Shown: positions 1 through 10,505, counted from the first letter of the stretch. The stretch is 53,313 nucleotides of DNA from a virus (IMGVR_UViG_3300009164_000103:1-53313), one strand, 5' to 3'. Notes: a model not told the origin generated them from the letters alone. Translations and numbers: made by a program.

Positions 1-837
1 AACGCTGGACTAAAGATATACGGAACCGCGACTAATGCAACAAGCCCGGAATTCCTCAATGTTGGATATGACCCAACGCTATTAGTTGGGTACGTGCAAG
101 CGGTCAGAACTGGGACCGGTGGAGCGTATTTGCCATTGTCTCTAAATCCAAATGGCAATAACGTGGGCATCGGAACGACGAATCCCGCCTACAAACTTGA
201 AATATCTACCGATTCCGCAGGCAAACCAGGCGTAGGTGGATTGTGGACAGTTGTATCAGATGAGCGTATCAAGACTGACATCATTCCCGCTAACCTTGAT
301 CGTTGCTACGATATTGTTAAATCAGTCCCGCTGAAACACTTTGGCTTTGCTCCTGGTGTCTACACTGACGATCAGATTAACGACAAGCACAGCCTTGGCT
401 GGATTGCTCAAGACGTGCAGAAGTTCTTCTCAAAGGCAGTATCTGTTAAGCCATTCACGTTCAAGACTGAGATCCCTGACGGAACTGAAGAATATACAGA
501 GCAAGACTTCACGCTGGAAACAGTAGAGAAGACAGAGACAAGCATTCAGGTAATCGACGGCAAGCCTGTGCAAGTATCGAAAGTGGTTACGTCTGAGAAT
601 AAGGTGCTGCTATTCGATAGCGTTGATGTAGTGGACGAAGCTGGTGTTGTGGTGATGGATGGTGATAAGCCATTGACCTATCAAATGCCACGCATGGTCA
701 CGAAGACGCGCAATAAAGTTCGACATGATGTGATTGAAGACTGCCTTGACTTGAACGGTGGGCAGATGATTGCAGCATTATATGGTGCGGTACAAGCTCT
801 GATGTTGCAAGTAGAAAGTTTGACGGCAAGTAAATAA
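1..837 (+). CDS. Tail fibre, C-terminal part, with Peptidase S74-type intramolecular chaperone domain (5' partial)
   Basis: Frame is open from base 1. Contains a GNVGIGTTNP fibre repeat, then SDERIKTDI...LGWIAQDV...LYGAVQAL chaperone signature and a coiled-coil end. Confidence 0.85.
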   Translation, partial: NAGLKIYGTATNATSPEFLNVGYDPTLLVGYVQAVRTGTGGAYLPLSLNPNGNNVGIGTTNPAYKLEISTDSAGKPGVGGLWTVVSDERIKTDIIPANLDRCYDIVKSVPLKHFGFAPGVYTDDQINDKHSLGWIAQDVQKFFSKAVSVKPFTFKTEIPDGTEEYTEQDFTLETVEKTETSIQVIDGKPVQVSKVVTSENKVLLFDSVDVVDEAGVVVMDGDKPLTYQMPRMVTKTRNKVRHDVIEDCLDLNGGQMIAALYGAVQALMLQVESLTASK

Positions 838-854
838 TAAGGATAATTTCTGAC

Positions 855-1175
855 ATGAAAAAGCTAAAGTCTTTCTTTAAGAATTTGTTCTCGCCCACGT
901 TCTCTTCTCGCTTCATGAGATGCGTTTCCGTGGCGTACCCAATCGTTAAGATCGTGGCACTGTATACGCCTAATAAGATGGATGATGAAATCCTCGATTT
1001 AAGTGATAGGCTTGGCGTTAAGTCTATGCTTGATGGGGCTGCTACAAAGGGTGAGGTTCTTAAGAACATCGCTGTTTTAGCTGCTCATCGCAATCTACCA
1101 AACGTGCCGAAAGAACTCGTAACACGCGCCGTTGAAGTAGCATATCAGCAAATGATGGCAGAAAAGGTCCAGTAG
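855..1175 (+). CDS. Hypothetical protein (106 aa)
   Basis: AAGGA RBS upstream; co-oriented within the tail module. Confidence 0.65.
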   Translation: MKKLKSFFKNLFSPTFSSRFMRCVSVAYPIVKIVALYTPNKMDDEILDLSDRLGVKSMLDGAATKGEVLKNIAVLAAHRNLPNVPKELVTRAVEVAYQQMMAEKVQ

Positions 1176-1192
1176 CAGTAAGATAGTAGAGT

Positions 1193-1414
1193 ATGACTCA
1201 AGAACAATACATCTACATTGACAATGACAAAGTGGCAATCAGCGACCTTAGTGACAGACAGAAGTATCTGGTGTCTCAGGTTACTGATATCAACGCAAAG
1301 ATTTATCAGTTGCAATTGAGCGCCGATCAATTGAATATTGCTTTGACCTCGTTTAGCCAAGAGCTATTGCGTAGTCGCGCCAAGGACGATATCGTACCCG
1401 ATGCCATTAGTTAA
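1193..1414 (+). CDS. Small coiled-coil protein typical of tail-fibre modules
   Basis: IYIDNDKVAISDLSD followed by a heptad pattern; overlaps the next start. Confidence 0.65.
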   Translation: MTQEQYIYIDNDKVAISDLSDRQKYLVSQVTDINAKIYQLQLSADQLNIALTSFSQELLRSRAKDDIVPDAIS

Positions 1415-3311
1415 ACTCCAATTCAAACCTGGGATTGTTAAAGACGTAACAGAGTACTCTGCTGAAGGGTTATGGTACGACTCTGACAAGATCAGGTTTC
1501 GACTTGGATACCCTGAAGTGATTGGTGGTTGGCAGGCTTACGCTGATGCTGAAACCATTTATGGAACTTGCAGGGCGTTGATTCAGTGGACCTCCCTATC
1601 CCTTGAACGATTCATTGGGATAGGGACAAATCAAAAGTATTACATTGAGTCTGGTCAGTTCATTAACGACATCACCCCTATTCGCACTACGATTGCGTTA
1701 GGCAACAATCCTTTCCAGACGCAAGTAATAGGCACTGGGAAGATGAAGGTTACGACGCCATCTGGTCACGATGCGCTTCAATGCGACTGGGTTACCTTCT
1801 CTGGTGCCGTTGGATTTGATGGCTTCACTACTGCTGAGTTGAACGTAGAGGTTCAAGTCACAGAAGTGATTGATGCCACAAACTTCTATGTAGTGTTCCC
1901 TTCTGGCGCAACGATTACGGCGTCTACCTCTGGTGGTGGTGCTTCTATAAGCGCTGCTTTTCAATTGAATGTTGGGTTGAATAGTCAGGTGTACGCTACT
2001 GGATGGGGTTCTGGTCCTTGGGGTAGAGGCCCTTGGGGGAGTTCGTTCTCGCCTCTAAGCCCTACGGATAATCTCAGGATATGGTCGAACTCTAACTATG
2101 GGCAAGACCTACTAATCAATATCAGGTATGGCAATATCTATTATTGGTCAGCTTCTGGGCTTGATCCTACTAATACTAGGGCCGTCACGTTGTCTTCTGT
2201 GAGTGGAGCAAATGGTGTTCCTACGGTTGCGTCTGAGATATTAGTCTCTGATAACGATAGGCACGTTATTGCTTTTGGTTGTAATGAAATAGGATCTGCC
2301 TCGCAGAACTTATTGCTTGTCCGTTGGTCTTCTCAGGAAGACCTTTTAGACTGGGAACCAAGAACAGACAATACCGCTGGTGGGTTTACCGTATCGAGCG
2401 GGTCTGAGATCGTAGCCGCAATACCTACGCAGCAGCAGATACTTGTGTTCACTGATAAGTCTCTGTTTGCGATGGCCTACACTGGGCCTCCTTACACCTT
2501 TAGCTTTACTCGTATTGGCGAGTCTGTGTCGATCATTGGGCCTAATGCTGGAGTAGATGCTAGGGGCACAGTGTACTGGATGGACAACAACAACTTCTAT
2601 CAATACAACGGCAACGTAGTAAAGATGAACTGTACGGTCTTGAGCTATGTGTTCTCTGATTTGAATTGGGATCAGAAGACAAAGGTATGTGCCGGGGTGA
2701 ATGCTCAGTTCAATGAGATTTACTGGTGGTACCCAAGCGTTACCGACGACACCGGAGAGAACAGCAGGTACGTGGCTTACAACTACGTTGAAGACCTGTG
2801 GACGATTGGCACAATGGAGCGCACGGCTTGGTTGGATCTAGCTACTGGTGGATTCCCAATTGGTGCTATGCCAGAAGGGACTGATCTGGAAACCTCCAAT
2901 ACTGAGACGTATCTATATCAGCACGAGTATGGCTATACGGCAGATGGATCTAACATTGAAGCCTATGTGACTTCTGGCGCAATTGATATTGAAGACGGGG
3001 AGCAGTTCTCCTTCGTTAGTCGAATCATCCCTGACGTTCAGTTCGTGACTGACCCTAGGGTTAGCTCTGCTGGGATTATCAAGAAGGTCAATGTTCATGT
3101 GTCTGGTGTGAACTATCCCATGAGTCAGGCTGGGTATCAGACAAACACTGTATTGGTTCAAGGCGAAGCGCCTATTACTACACAGAATAACCTTAGGATT
3201 CGATCACGTCAGCTTGCATTGAAGGTTGAGTCGTTCCAAGGTGGAGATCCTGTATACAAGTGGCGTCTTGGTTCTAATCGAATCCAGATCCAACCGGATG
3301 GTATGCGATGA
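1401..3311 (+). CDS. Tail tube/nozzle (packaged-DNA stabilisation, P22 gp10-like) protein
   Basis: MPLVKLQFKPGI start, beta-rich, VRWSSQED and EIYWWYPS motifs, C-terminal WRLG...IQPDGMR; lies just before the ejection genes. Confidence 0.75.
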   Translation: MPLVKLQFKPGIVKDVTEYSAEGLWYDSDKIRFRLGYPEVIGGWQAYADAETIYGTCRALIQWTSLSLERFIGIGTNQKYYIESGQFINDITPIRTTIALGNNPFQTQVIGTGKMKVTTPSGHDALQCDWVTFSGAVGFDGFTTAELNVEVQVTEVIDATNFYVVFPSGATITASTSGGGASISAAFQLNVGLNSQVYATGWGSGPWGRGPWGSSFSPLSPTDNLRIWSNSNYGQDLLINIRYGNIYYWSASGLDPTNTRAVTLSSVSGANGVPTVASEILVSDNDRHVIAFGCNEIGSASQNLLLVRWSSQEDLLDWEPRTDNTAGGFTVSSGSEIVAAIPTQQQILVFTDKSLFAMAYTGPPYTFSFTRIGESVSIIGPNAGVDARGTVYWMDNNNFYQYNGNVVKMNCTVLSYVFSDLNWDQKTKVCAGVNAQFNEIYWWYPSVTDDTGENSRYVAYNYVEDLWTIGTMERTAWLDLATGGFPIGAMPEGTDLETSNTETYLYQHEYGYTADGSNIEAYVTSGAIDIEDGEQFSFVSRIIPDVQFVTDPRVSSAGIIKKVNVHVSGVNYPMSQAGYQTNTVLVQGEAPITTQNNLRIRSRQLALKVESFQGGDPVYKWRLGSNRIQIQPDGMR

Positions 3312-3604
3312 ACCGTAATACCCCAATACAGAATCTTCCTAAGCCACCTGCTGAGTACAATCAATTGTACTTTGACTCGTTGGTTCGTAATATCGGCATT
3401 CATATATTCAATCAACGTGTTCCTGGTGAACTTGTTGGAAGTTCTCTAATGCTGCTGCAATGCCCTAGCAGTGGGTATGGCTTGCGTGATGGCATGACTT
3501 GGGCAGATGGAAGTGGTGTGCTAAGAGTTGTACTACCAGACCAAGTATTTGCGCCAAGTAACAAAATCAAGATTAAACTAGGTACTGTAACGGTTACTAC
3601 ATGA
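3308..3604 (+). CDS. Small virion-associated protein
   Basis: LPKPPAEYNQ motif; ATGA overlaps at both ends. Confidence 0.65.
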   Translation: MNRNTPIQNLPKPPAEYNQLYFDSLVRNIGIHIFNQRVPGELVGSSLMLLQCPSSGYGLRDGMTWADGSGVLRVVLPDQVFAPSNKIKIKLGTVTVTT

Positions 3605-4809
3605 GTAAAGGTATTGCATCTCTCGCTAGACAGGTTGCTTCTAAAGGCAGGGGTGGGGATTCCACCCTTTTACATATTCATCCCAGTGAATTGATGGGGA
3701 TGCGTACGCTTCTGAAACAGATTGATCCTGACATTGAGATCACTCTTAACCCTGAGACGGGTATGTACGAGGCTTTTAGCTGGAAGAAGTTACTAGCTGC
3801 GGTTGGGTTGGGGGCCAGTGTTGCTTTGATGTTTACTCCTTTTGCTGGATTAGGCGCAGCTGGGGCCAAGGGAAGCCTTGCCGCTATGACTGGTCTTGCC
3901 GGTAAGGTTATTTCATCAGCGGTTGTCCCTGCTTTAATTAGTGGTACAGCGGCAACTGCCGTTAGTGCATTCAAGCCAGATGAAAAGAAGGAAAGTCAGC
4001 AAGCCCTTACTGCCTTAGATAAATACAAGGCAGCTGAAAAGGAAAAAAACGATAAGAGCATTATTATCCCTCTATTGAGGTCAGCAAATACTGCACCTAC
4101 GATCTCACAACCGACGACAGCGAAATCTGCTCCTGTATCCACTAGCACTACTACGGCACAGCCTACAGGGGGGATAGCCTCTGCTCTTACGGCTGGAGTT
4201 ATGCCTAAATCGCAGCTTGCGCCAGTACCGCAGAAAGGTATAGCTTCTGTTTTCCAACCTTCCGTTGCTTCAGCGCCTGTTGTTCCTGAGGAAGAAGAAG
4301 ACGATGTGTTGCGCGAAGCGGAGAGTCCCTACAAGGCGTCTGGATATGCCGAAGGTGGCTCTCTTGAACCTGAAGAAAAGAAGGCCCGTCAGATCGTGCA
4401 GGATGCCATGGAAGCGATCCGTGGCGAAGGAGATGACCCTGAGGGTTCCCTCAATACCTACCTTGCTTATTACGGCAAAGACGCTTTGAAAGACTTGTAC
4501 AAGCGTATGTCTGGCAAGGAAGAGGTTGAAGAAGAAGACAACTACGAACCGCCTGAGGGGATGATTAAAGGCCCCGGCAATGGCATGGACGACATGGCTA
4601 CGGCTCGTATGGCTCATGGTGGTCAGAAGGTTCTTCTATCCAACGATGAGTTCATTATCCCTGCTGATGTCGTAAGCGGTTTGGGTGATGGCAGTAGTGA
4701 GTCAGGTGCCAGAAAGCTGTACGCCATGATGGACAGAGTTCGCATGGACAGGACTGGCAACAAGAAGCAACCTGGAAAGGTTAAAGACGTTCGGGTTCTA
4801 CCCGCTTAG
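3601..4809 (+). CDS. Internal virion / DNA-ejection protein
   Basis: GRGGDSTLLHIHP...NPETG N-terminus, hydrophobic Gly/Ala segment, C-terminal GPGNGMDD...LSNDEFIIPADVV domain. Confidence 0.7.
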   Translation: MSKGIASLARQVASKGRGGDSTLLHIHPSELMGMRTLLKQIDPDIEITLNPETGMYEAFSWKKLLAAVGLGASVALMFTPFAGLGAAGAKGSLAAMTGLAGKVISSAVVPALISGTAATAVSAFKPDEKKESQQALTALDKYKAAEKEKNDKSIIIPLLRSANTAPTISQPTTAKSAPVSTSTTTAQPTGGIASALTAGVMPKSQLAPVPQKGIASVFQPSVASAPVVPEEEEDDVLREAESPYKASGYAEGGSLEPEEKKARQIVQDAMEAIRGEGDDPEGSLNTYLAYYGKDALKDLYKRMSGKEEVEEEDNYEPPEGMIKGPGNGMDDMATARMAHGGQKVLLSNDEFIIPADVVSGLGDGSSESGARKLYAMMDRVRMDRTGNKKQPGKVKDVRVLPA

Positions 4810-4817
4810 GAATTAAT

Positions 4818-7800
4818 ATGGCAGATCCACTTAGCTCAACATATCAGACGCAGGACATTCCCGAATACCTTAGACCATTCAGGAACGCTCTACTGTCTTC
4901 TGCATTCAGCAGTGTGTACACTCCAGAGGCAATGAAGAACTTCTTGCCTAATGCCACTTACTTCAATGCGTATACTCAGAATCAGCCTAACCAGCAGCAG
5001 AATACTTCTGGTAATACTGGAGACACTGGCACAACTGGCAACGAGAGAAATGATGCGGCTAGTAATGAAGAGAGCAATAAGAACGCCATCTTCAATGCGT
5101 TGAATATGGTTTCTGGCAAGATGCCTAAGTTGCCTGGATTAGTTTGGGATACTAATACTCGCACTTATGTACCAGAAGCGTACAAGACGATTAAGTCTGC
5201 TAAGGGTGGTGAGCTGAATCCTAAAGAGGATCCTATCCAGAAGATCCTGGATGAGTATCAAAGTCTTCGAGAGAAGATGCCCGTTGGTTTTAATCAAGCT
5301 GCTAGCCCTGCTGATGATGCTAACAAACTCACTGGAAGCGTTACCTCTCCTGGTTTCAAGAATCCATTTGGCGTCACTAGAGACCCTTCTCAAACCTCTA
5401 GCTACACAATCGGTAACAATATCAGCCCTGATATAACTCGCGTCAATCCTCGTCCTGTTATTGCTCCTGGGGTTGTTCCTCCTGTCAGTACTGATGTACG
5501 CCCTCCCACTGTTCCAATTTATCCCGGTACCCCGACGGTTACTCCTGGAGTACCACCACGCCCAGCTACACCAAGGACAGCTACTCCTGGAACACCCACG
5601 GCCCCTCCTGTTATACCGATACGCCCTCCTGGTTCCCCGACAGCCACTCCCAGCACTGGAGTTCCAGTCAGCGGCACTGGTGGTGGAGGCGGTATTGGTA
5701 ATCTTGCTCAGATTTTTTCCGATGGTTTTGCTGGGACTACTACTGCTAATCAAGGTGCTGGTGGGTATAACCCACTTCAGTATGCTACTGACGATCAGGC
5801 TAGAGGACTTGCCTCGTTGCTTGGTGGTACCAACCAGAGGACGAATACATCTGGTCCACTTAATGTTCCCTCACAGAATTCGCTTGGCTTTGGTGGCAGT
5901 GACACGTTCAATGCTGGGTTAATCCAGCAGCAGCTTCGTCCTGGTCAGACTCCTAGTGAGATGACTTCATCTCTAGCTCGACTAAGGGCTGAGGTTTCTG
6001 GTTCTGGAGGCGACACTTCTTCAATCGACAGATTGATTCAACAGAATAATCAGGCTTATGCTTCTGGCGCTAGAGTGTCTCCTGTTGGGCAACCTCCTGC
6101 AACTACTGCTCCTCCTGCGACTAGTAAGCCTCCTGCGACAACTACTCCTCCTGCGACTGAACAGAGAACTACTGGTCGTGGATCGCAGAATCAAAGCCAA
6201 GATCCTGATATTGACAGATCTCCTTACACTGCTCCTCCTGCTACCAATACTCCTCCTCCTCAGTTTTCGACTAGGGGAGAGATGGCTACGAATGATGTGG
6301 ACCGTGGTGGTGGTCCCGCCGTGCGTACTGCGGATAGGTCTTCCAATTCTGCGCCACCCTTAAGGGGCAGTTCCCCGCGCAATACCCCCGATGAAACTGA
6401 GTTAGAAAGTAAACGTGCTCTTGAGCTAGATGCTCCTCCACCGATTATTCCTGAGCCTGAAGCATACAATCCTGAAACGTACTCGCCAGAGACATCTGTG
6501 CCTGAGCCTGATGGTGGTGGCATTGCCTCTCTCTTAGGTTCAAATCAGTCGAATACTCCTGAGTCGAATACTCCTGAATCTTATACGCCTGACTCTTACA
6601 CTCCTGAGTCCTATACGCCAGAAGCGTCTGCCCCAGACTCCTATACTCCTGAGTCTTATACTCCTGAAGTATATGCTCCTGAGTCCTACGCTCCTGAATC
6701 GTACACGCCTGAGTACTATAATCCTGAAGCATCTGCTCCTGAATCGTACACCCCTGATTATGGGTCGGATCAATCTCTTGCTAGTTTTGATATTGGCGAC
6801 GATGGCAGGGTGAATAACTATCGTAAGGGTGGAGCTGTTCGTAGGTTTGATGAGGGTGGGCCTGTTGCTCTTAGCACTCCTCCTCCTGCTCCTCCTTTTA
6901 GCTTGGGTGGATTTGGTGCGCCACAAACTCCTCTTGCTGGTGGATTTGGTGGTCCTGGTGGTGGTGCCTCTCTGTTCAAAGCTGCTAATCCAAAAGCAGG
7001 AGATATTTCTCAGAACCTATTCAACGCTCCTCCTGTGTATGCTGGACAGCGGACGATGTTGTTTGGTCAAGACTTTGGACAAGGTAATGCAGATACTGGA
7101 TATACCGCAAGCAATCTAACCAGGAATGCGTTGTCTGGTGTTGCTGGCTTAGGCAAAACAAGTATATTTGATGACGAGGGGCAGATCCGTGAAGGCACTG
7201 ACTTTAAAAAGGGAGTTTCTGCCATTAACTCTGCAACTGATTTGTCAGGTGGTGCCGCTGAAGAAGGTGCTAATCTAATCGGCGCATCTAAACTTCCTCC
7301 AGAGCAAAGCTACCTGATGAGTCTCATGCCGGGGATTCAGGGGATGGGATTCAAGGACGCCATTAAGGTGAATCCTATCCAAGCTCCCAACATGATTAAT
7401 CCAATGGGAGTAACTGCTGCTAACTTACAAGGTTATCAGATGGCACAGCCCATGGGAGTGAGTGGTCAGAACATTGACGTTCTTGGTCAGTTAGGTAGTT
7501 TATCTGGAACAACAGTTCAGGGAGTCCCTCAACTACAGCAGTTCCAGATGCAAGGTCCAGAGAAAGTCACTGGTCAGACAAGAGATATTCTTTCTACCTT
7601 AGGTGGTTTGTCTAGCTCGAAAGTTCAAGGCGTACCTCAAGTACAGCAGTTCCAGATGCAAGGCCCTGAGAAAGTGGCGTCTGGTCAAACTCAGGTAGAT
7701 CAGTTCGGTCAACAGCAAGCACAACAGTATATGTCTCCTTATATGGATGCAGTTACTGAGATGCAGAAGCGTGATGCTTCTCGTACTGCTGGAATGCAGA

Positions 7801-9089
7801 AGGCTGGTCGTGGTGCTGCTGCTGTTCGTGCTGGTGCATTCGGTGGTTCTCGTCAGGCTATTCAGGAAGGAATGGCTGAAGAGGCGTTACAGCGACAGCT
7901 TGGGGACATTGATGCAGTTGGTCGTCAGAAAGCATTTGAGAATGCTCAGTCTCAGTTTGATCGTGATCGTGCTGCTTCTCTTGCTTCTCAACAGACTAAT
8001 GTGCAATCTGCATTGCAGGCTGCTCTTGCTAATCAACAATCTGGTCTTACTACAGGTCGAGAGAATCTTGGAGCTAACCTTTCTACTCAACAGCTTGGCG
8101 CTCAAACTGGATTACAAGCTGCGCTTGCTAATCAACAAGCAGAACAACAGTCAGCTCTAACTGGTTATGGTACGAGAGCTGATATTCTTCGCTCTCAATC
8201 TGCACAAGACCTTCAGGCATCTCTGGCAAATCAACAAGCTGCACTTGCTACAGGTAGAGAGAACTTAGGCGCTAATCTCAATACTCAGCAACTGGGCGCT
8301 CAACAAGCGTTGCAGGCCGCTCTTGCTAATCAGCAATCGGCACAACAAGCTGCTCTCACTGGGTATGGGACTAGAGCGGATGTCCTTCGTTCTCAATCTG
8401 CACAAAACTTACAGGCAGACCTTGCTAACCAGCAGGCTGGCCTTACCGCTGGCAGAGAGAACCTTGGAGCACAGCTCAGTACGCAACAGCTTGGCGCTCA
8501 ACAAGCCCTACAGGCACAGCTTGCTAATCAGCAGGCAGGTCTTACCGCTGGTCAGGCTAACCTACAGTCTTCTCTTGCCACACAACAGCTTGGTGTTCAG
8601 TCTGGTTTAGAGGCAGCTAAGGCTACTCAGTACGGCGACATATCAATGACGCAGATGCAGTTGGATGCTGCGAAGCAGGCTTCACAAGAACAGGAAGCAG
8701 CTAGACAGCGTCAGTTCAATAATAGGTTGGCTGCAATTCAGCAGGGGTCAGCATCTGCTGGCGCACTAGCTGGGATGGGTGGTCAAATGATGAGCATCAA
8801 TCCTGCGGCACAACAGCTTGAGATTCAACGTCTTGCCGCTATGCAGCAGGCAGGTGGTGCCGTTGACGCTCGTACTCAAGAAGCGATGAACCTTCAGTAT
8901 CAAGACTTCATCAATCAGCAAAACGCTCCTTATCAGCAGATGAACTTCTTGCAAGGTATTATGTCTGGTATACCCACTGGTATGCAGACAGAGAATGTAC
9001 AGTTCGCTCGACCTGCTTCTGGTGGCTTGAGTGGTCTGTTGACCGCTGGTGCTGGGCTGGCTTCTAACTACTACGCAAACCAAAAATAA
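4818..9089 (+). CDS. Large repeat-rich internal virion / DNA-transfer protein (1423 aa)
   Basis: YMSPY...AGAFGGSRQ core, Q/A-rich repeats, C-terminal YQDFINQQNAPYQQMNFL and a Gly-rich hydrophobic tail. Confidence 0.7.
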   Translation: MADPLSSTYQTQDIPEYLRPFRNALLSSAFSSVYTPEAMKNFLPNATYFNAYTQNQPNQQQNTSGNTGDTGTTGNERNDAASNEESNKNAIFNALNMVSGKMPKLPGLVWDTNTRTYVPEAYKTIKSAKGGELNPKEDPIQKILDEYQSLREKMPVGFNQAASPADDANKLTGSVTSPGFKNPFGVTRDPSQTSSYTIGNNISPDITRVNPRPVIAPGVVPPVSTDVRPPTVPIYPGTPTVTPGVPPRPATPRTATPGTPTAPPVIPIRPPGSPTATPSTGVPVSGTGGGGGIGNLAQIFSDGFAGTTTANQGAGGYNPLQYATDDQARGLASLLGGTNQRTNTSGPLNVPSQNSLGFGGSDTFNAGLIQQQLRPGQTPSEMTSSLARLRAEVSGSGGDTSSIDRLIQQNNQAYASGARVSPVGQPPATTAPPATSKPPATTTPPATEQRTTGRGSQNQSQDPDIDRSPYTAPPATNTPPPQFSTRGEMATNDVDRGGGPAVRTADRSSNSAPPLRGSSPRNTPDETELESKRALELDAPPPIIPEPEAYNPETYSPETSVPEPDGGGIASLLGSNQSNTPESNTPESYTPDSYTPESYTPEASAPDSYTPESYTPEVYAPESYAPESYTPEYYNPEASAPESYTPDYGSDQSLASFDIGDDGRVNNYRKGGAVRRFDEGGPVALSTPPPAPPFSLGGFGAPQTPLAGGFGGPGGGASLFKAANPKAGDISQNLFNAPPVYAGQRTMLFGQDFGQGNADTGYTASNLTRNALSGVAGLGKTSIFDDEGQIREGTDFKKGVSAINSATDLSGGAAEEGANLIGASKLPPEQSYLMSLMPGIQGMGFKDAIKVNPIQAPNMINPMGVTAANLQGYQMAQPMGVSGQNIDVLGQLGSLSGTTVQGVPQLQQFQMQGPEKVTGQTRDILSTLGGLSSSKVQGVPQVQQFQMQGPEKVASGQTQVDQFGQQQAQQYMSPYMDAVTEMQKRDASRTAGMQKAGRGAAAVRAGAFGGSRQAIQEGMAEEALQRQLGDIDAVGRQKAFENAQSQFDRDRAASLASQQTNVQSALQAALANQQSGLTTGRENLGANLSTQQLGAQTGLQAALANQQAEQQSALTGYGTRADILRSQSAQDLQASLANQQAALATGRENLGANLNTQQLGAQQALQAALANQQSAQQAALTGYGTRADVLRSQSAQNLQADLANQQAGLTAGRENLGAQLSTQQLGAQQALQAQLANQQAGLTAGQANLQSSLATQQLGVQSGLEAAKATQYGDISMTQMQLDAAKQASQEQEAARQRQFNNRLAAIQQGSASAGALAGMGGQMMSINPAAQQLEIQRLAAMQQAGGAVDARTQEAMNLQYQDFINQQNAPYQQMNFLQGIMSGIPTGMQTENVQFARPASGGLSGLLTAGAGLASNYYANQK
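6551..6760 (+). repeat. Coding 15-bp tandem repeat encoding (T/A)PE(S/A)Y-like pentapeptides
   Basis: NTPESNTPESYTPDSYTPESYTPEASAPDSYTPESYTPEVYAPESY... visible in both DNA and protein. Confidence 0.9.
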
Positions 9090-9094
9090 GTAAG

Positions 9095-10489
9095 ATGAAT
9101 ATATTAAAAGCAGCAGACGATATCAAGAACTTCTCAGACCAGCAGCTACTCTCTGCTGGCGAGAACCCTGTGATGCTACCGCCTTACTTGGTCCTTGCTG
9201 AGATGAAGCGCCGTGAACAAATTAGAGCTGAGTTTGCTAAGTCACAACAACAGCAGCAACCTCCTACAGTGATACAGCAGACAGCGCAGGGCCTTGCACA
9301 GTCTCAGCAGCAACAGGGTCAGCCACAGCAGGGTATGCCACAACAGGGGATGCCACAGCAGCCTCAGGCTCAAGGGATCATGCAGGGAGCGCCACAGCAG
9401 GTTGTGGCTATGGCAAGTGGGGGGTATGTTCCTAGGTATGCGGCAGGTACGCCTAACTACGGTGCGCTTCTAGCTAGAGAGATGAATACCCCGCCTCCTG
9501 CTCCTCGTCCTCCCGCACAAGCACCTCCTTCACTAGCAATGTCTAATGAGGATATTGCTAAACGATATCCAGACAAGCCCCTCGCTGGATACATTGATGA
9601 GCTTAGGTCTGCGTATGGGCCACGGGATTACAGCGCAGAGAAGAAGCTCGTAGATTATCAAACCCAGATGGCTGAAAGCAAGAAGCCTCGTCTGGGCGAT
9701 GCCTTGATTGCTGCTGGTGCAGCGATGGCTTCTAATCGAGATAACAAAGTTGGTCTGGCTAATCTATTGGCGCAGGCTATTGGCGTTGGATCTCAATCAT
9801 ACGACGCAGCAAAAGAGAATCAAAACAAACTCAGAAACCTAGCGATGATGGGTCAGGTTGCTCTGCAAAGGCAGCAGCAAAAAGACTCTGACGATATTAT
9901 TGGTAAGGCCATGGAGTCTAAGAGATCTGATGTTGGTGTAAATCTTGGCAAGCTACAGACTATTGAGGCGAATATTCGTTCAATTAGTGAAGCGCTTAGT
10001 AGAGCGCAGAGTGACACTGATAAAATGATGCTTCAACGTGAACTGAACCGTTTTGAGGCCATTAAGTCTATGGCCGTGGCCGAAGCGAATAATGCTTCCG
10101 ATGAACGGCGAGCTGCAAGTACAAACTACGCACGTAATCAACCCAGGCCTTCAGAGAAAGACATTAAAAATACTAGGGGTTTGTCATTAGCGCAAAGCTC
10201 CCTGATGTATGCAGGAGATTATCTGCAAAATAATCCCCAAATAAAATCTGATGAACCGACATTAGCTTTAAGTAATTTGAAAAATCCAGCATTCTTCAAA
10301 GACTACAATCTTGAGGAAAGGATGATAGCAGGTAAATTTATCCGAGACTTGGTTAGCCAAAATATTAGGGACGCAAAGAGTCAGGCAGCTATTGATAAAA
10401 ACAGAAACCAATTTGGCGGTTTAGGTACTCAGATTAATCCAGCTGCAGCCGAAGAAAACATCTATATGCAGTTCGGCGCTCAAAAGTAA
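9095..10489 (+). CDS. Internal virion / ejection protein (464 aa)
   Basis: PPYLVLAEMKRR, Q-rich tract, MASGG motif; lies between two ejection genes. Confidence 0.65.
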   Translation: MNILKAADDIKNFSDQQLLSAGENPVMLPPYLVLAEMKRREQIRAEFAKSQQQQQPPTVIQQTAQGLAQSQQQQGQPQQGMPQQGMPQQPQAQGIMQGAPQQVVAMASGGYVPRYAAGTPNYGALLAREMNTPPPAPRPPAQAPPSLAMSNEDIAKRYPDKPLAGYIDELRSAYGPRDYSAEKKLVDYQTQMAESKKPRLGDALIAAGAAMASNRDNKVGLANLLAQAIGVGSQSYDAAKENQNKLRNLAMMGQVALQRQQQKDSDDIIGKAMESKRSDVGVNLGKLQTIEANIRSISEALSRAQSDTDKMMLQRELNRFEAIKSMAVAEANNASDERRAASTNYARNQPRPSEKDIKNTRGLSLAQSSLMYAGDYLQNNPQIKSDEPTLALSNLKNPAFFKDYNLEERMIAGKFIRDLVSQNIRDAKSQAAIDKNRNQFGGLGTQINPAAAEENIYMQFGAQK

Positions 10490-10505
10490 TCTGTGAGGAT
10501 ATAAC

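Noticed and set aside
7314-7345. CTGATGAG followed by a weak stem, a possible third hammerhead
   Set aside because: No GAAA or stem III follows, and it lies inside a coding region. The CTGATGAG near 11926 fails the same way.
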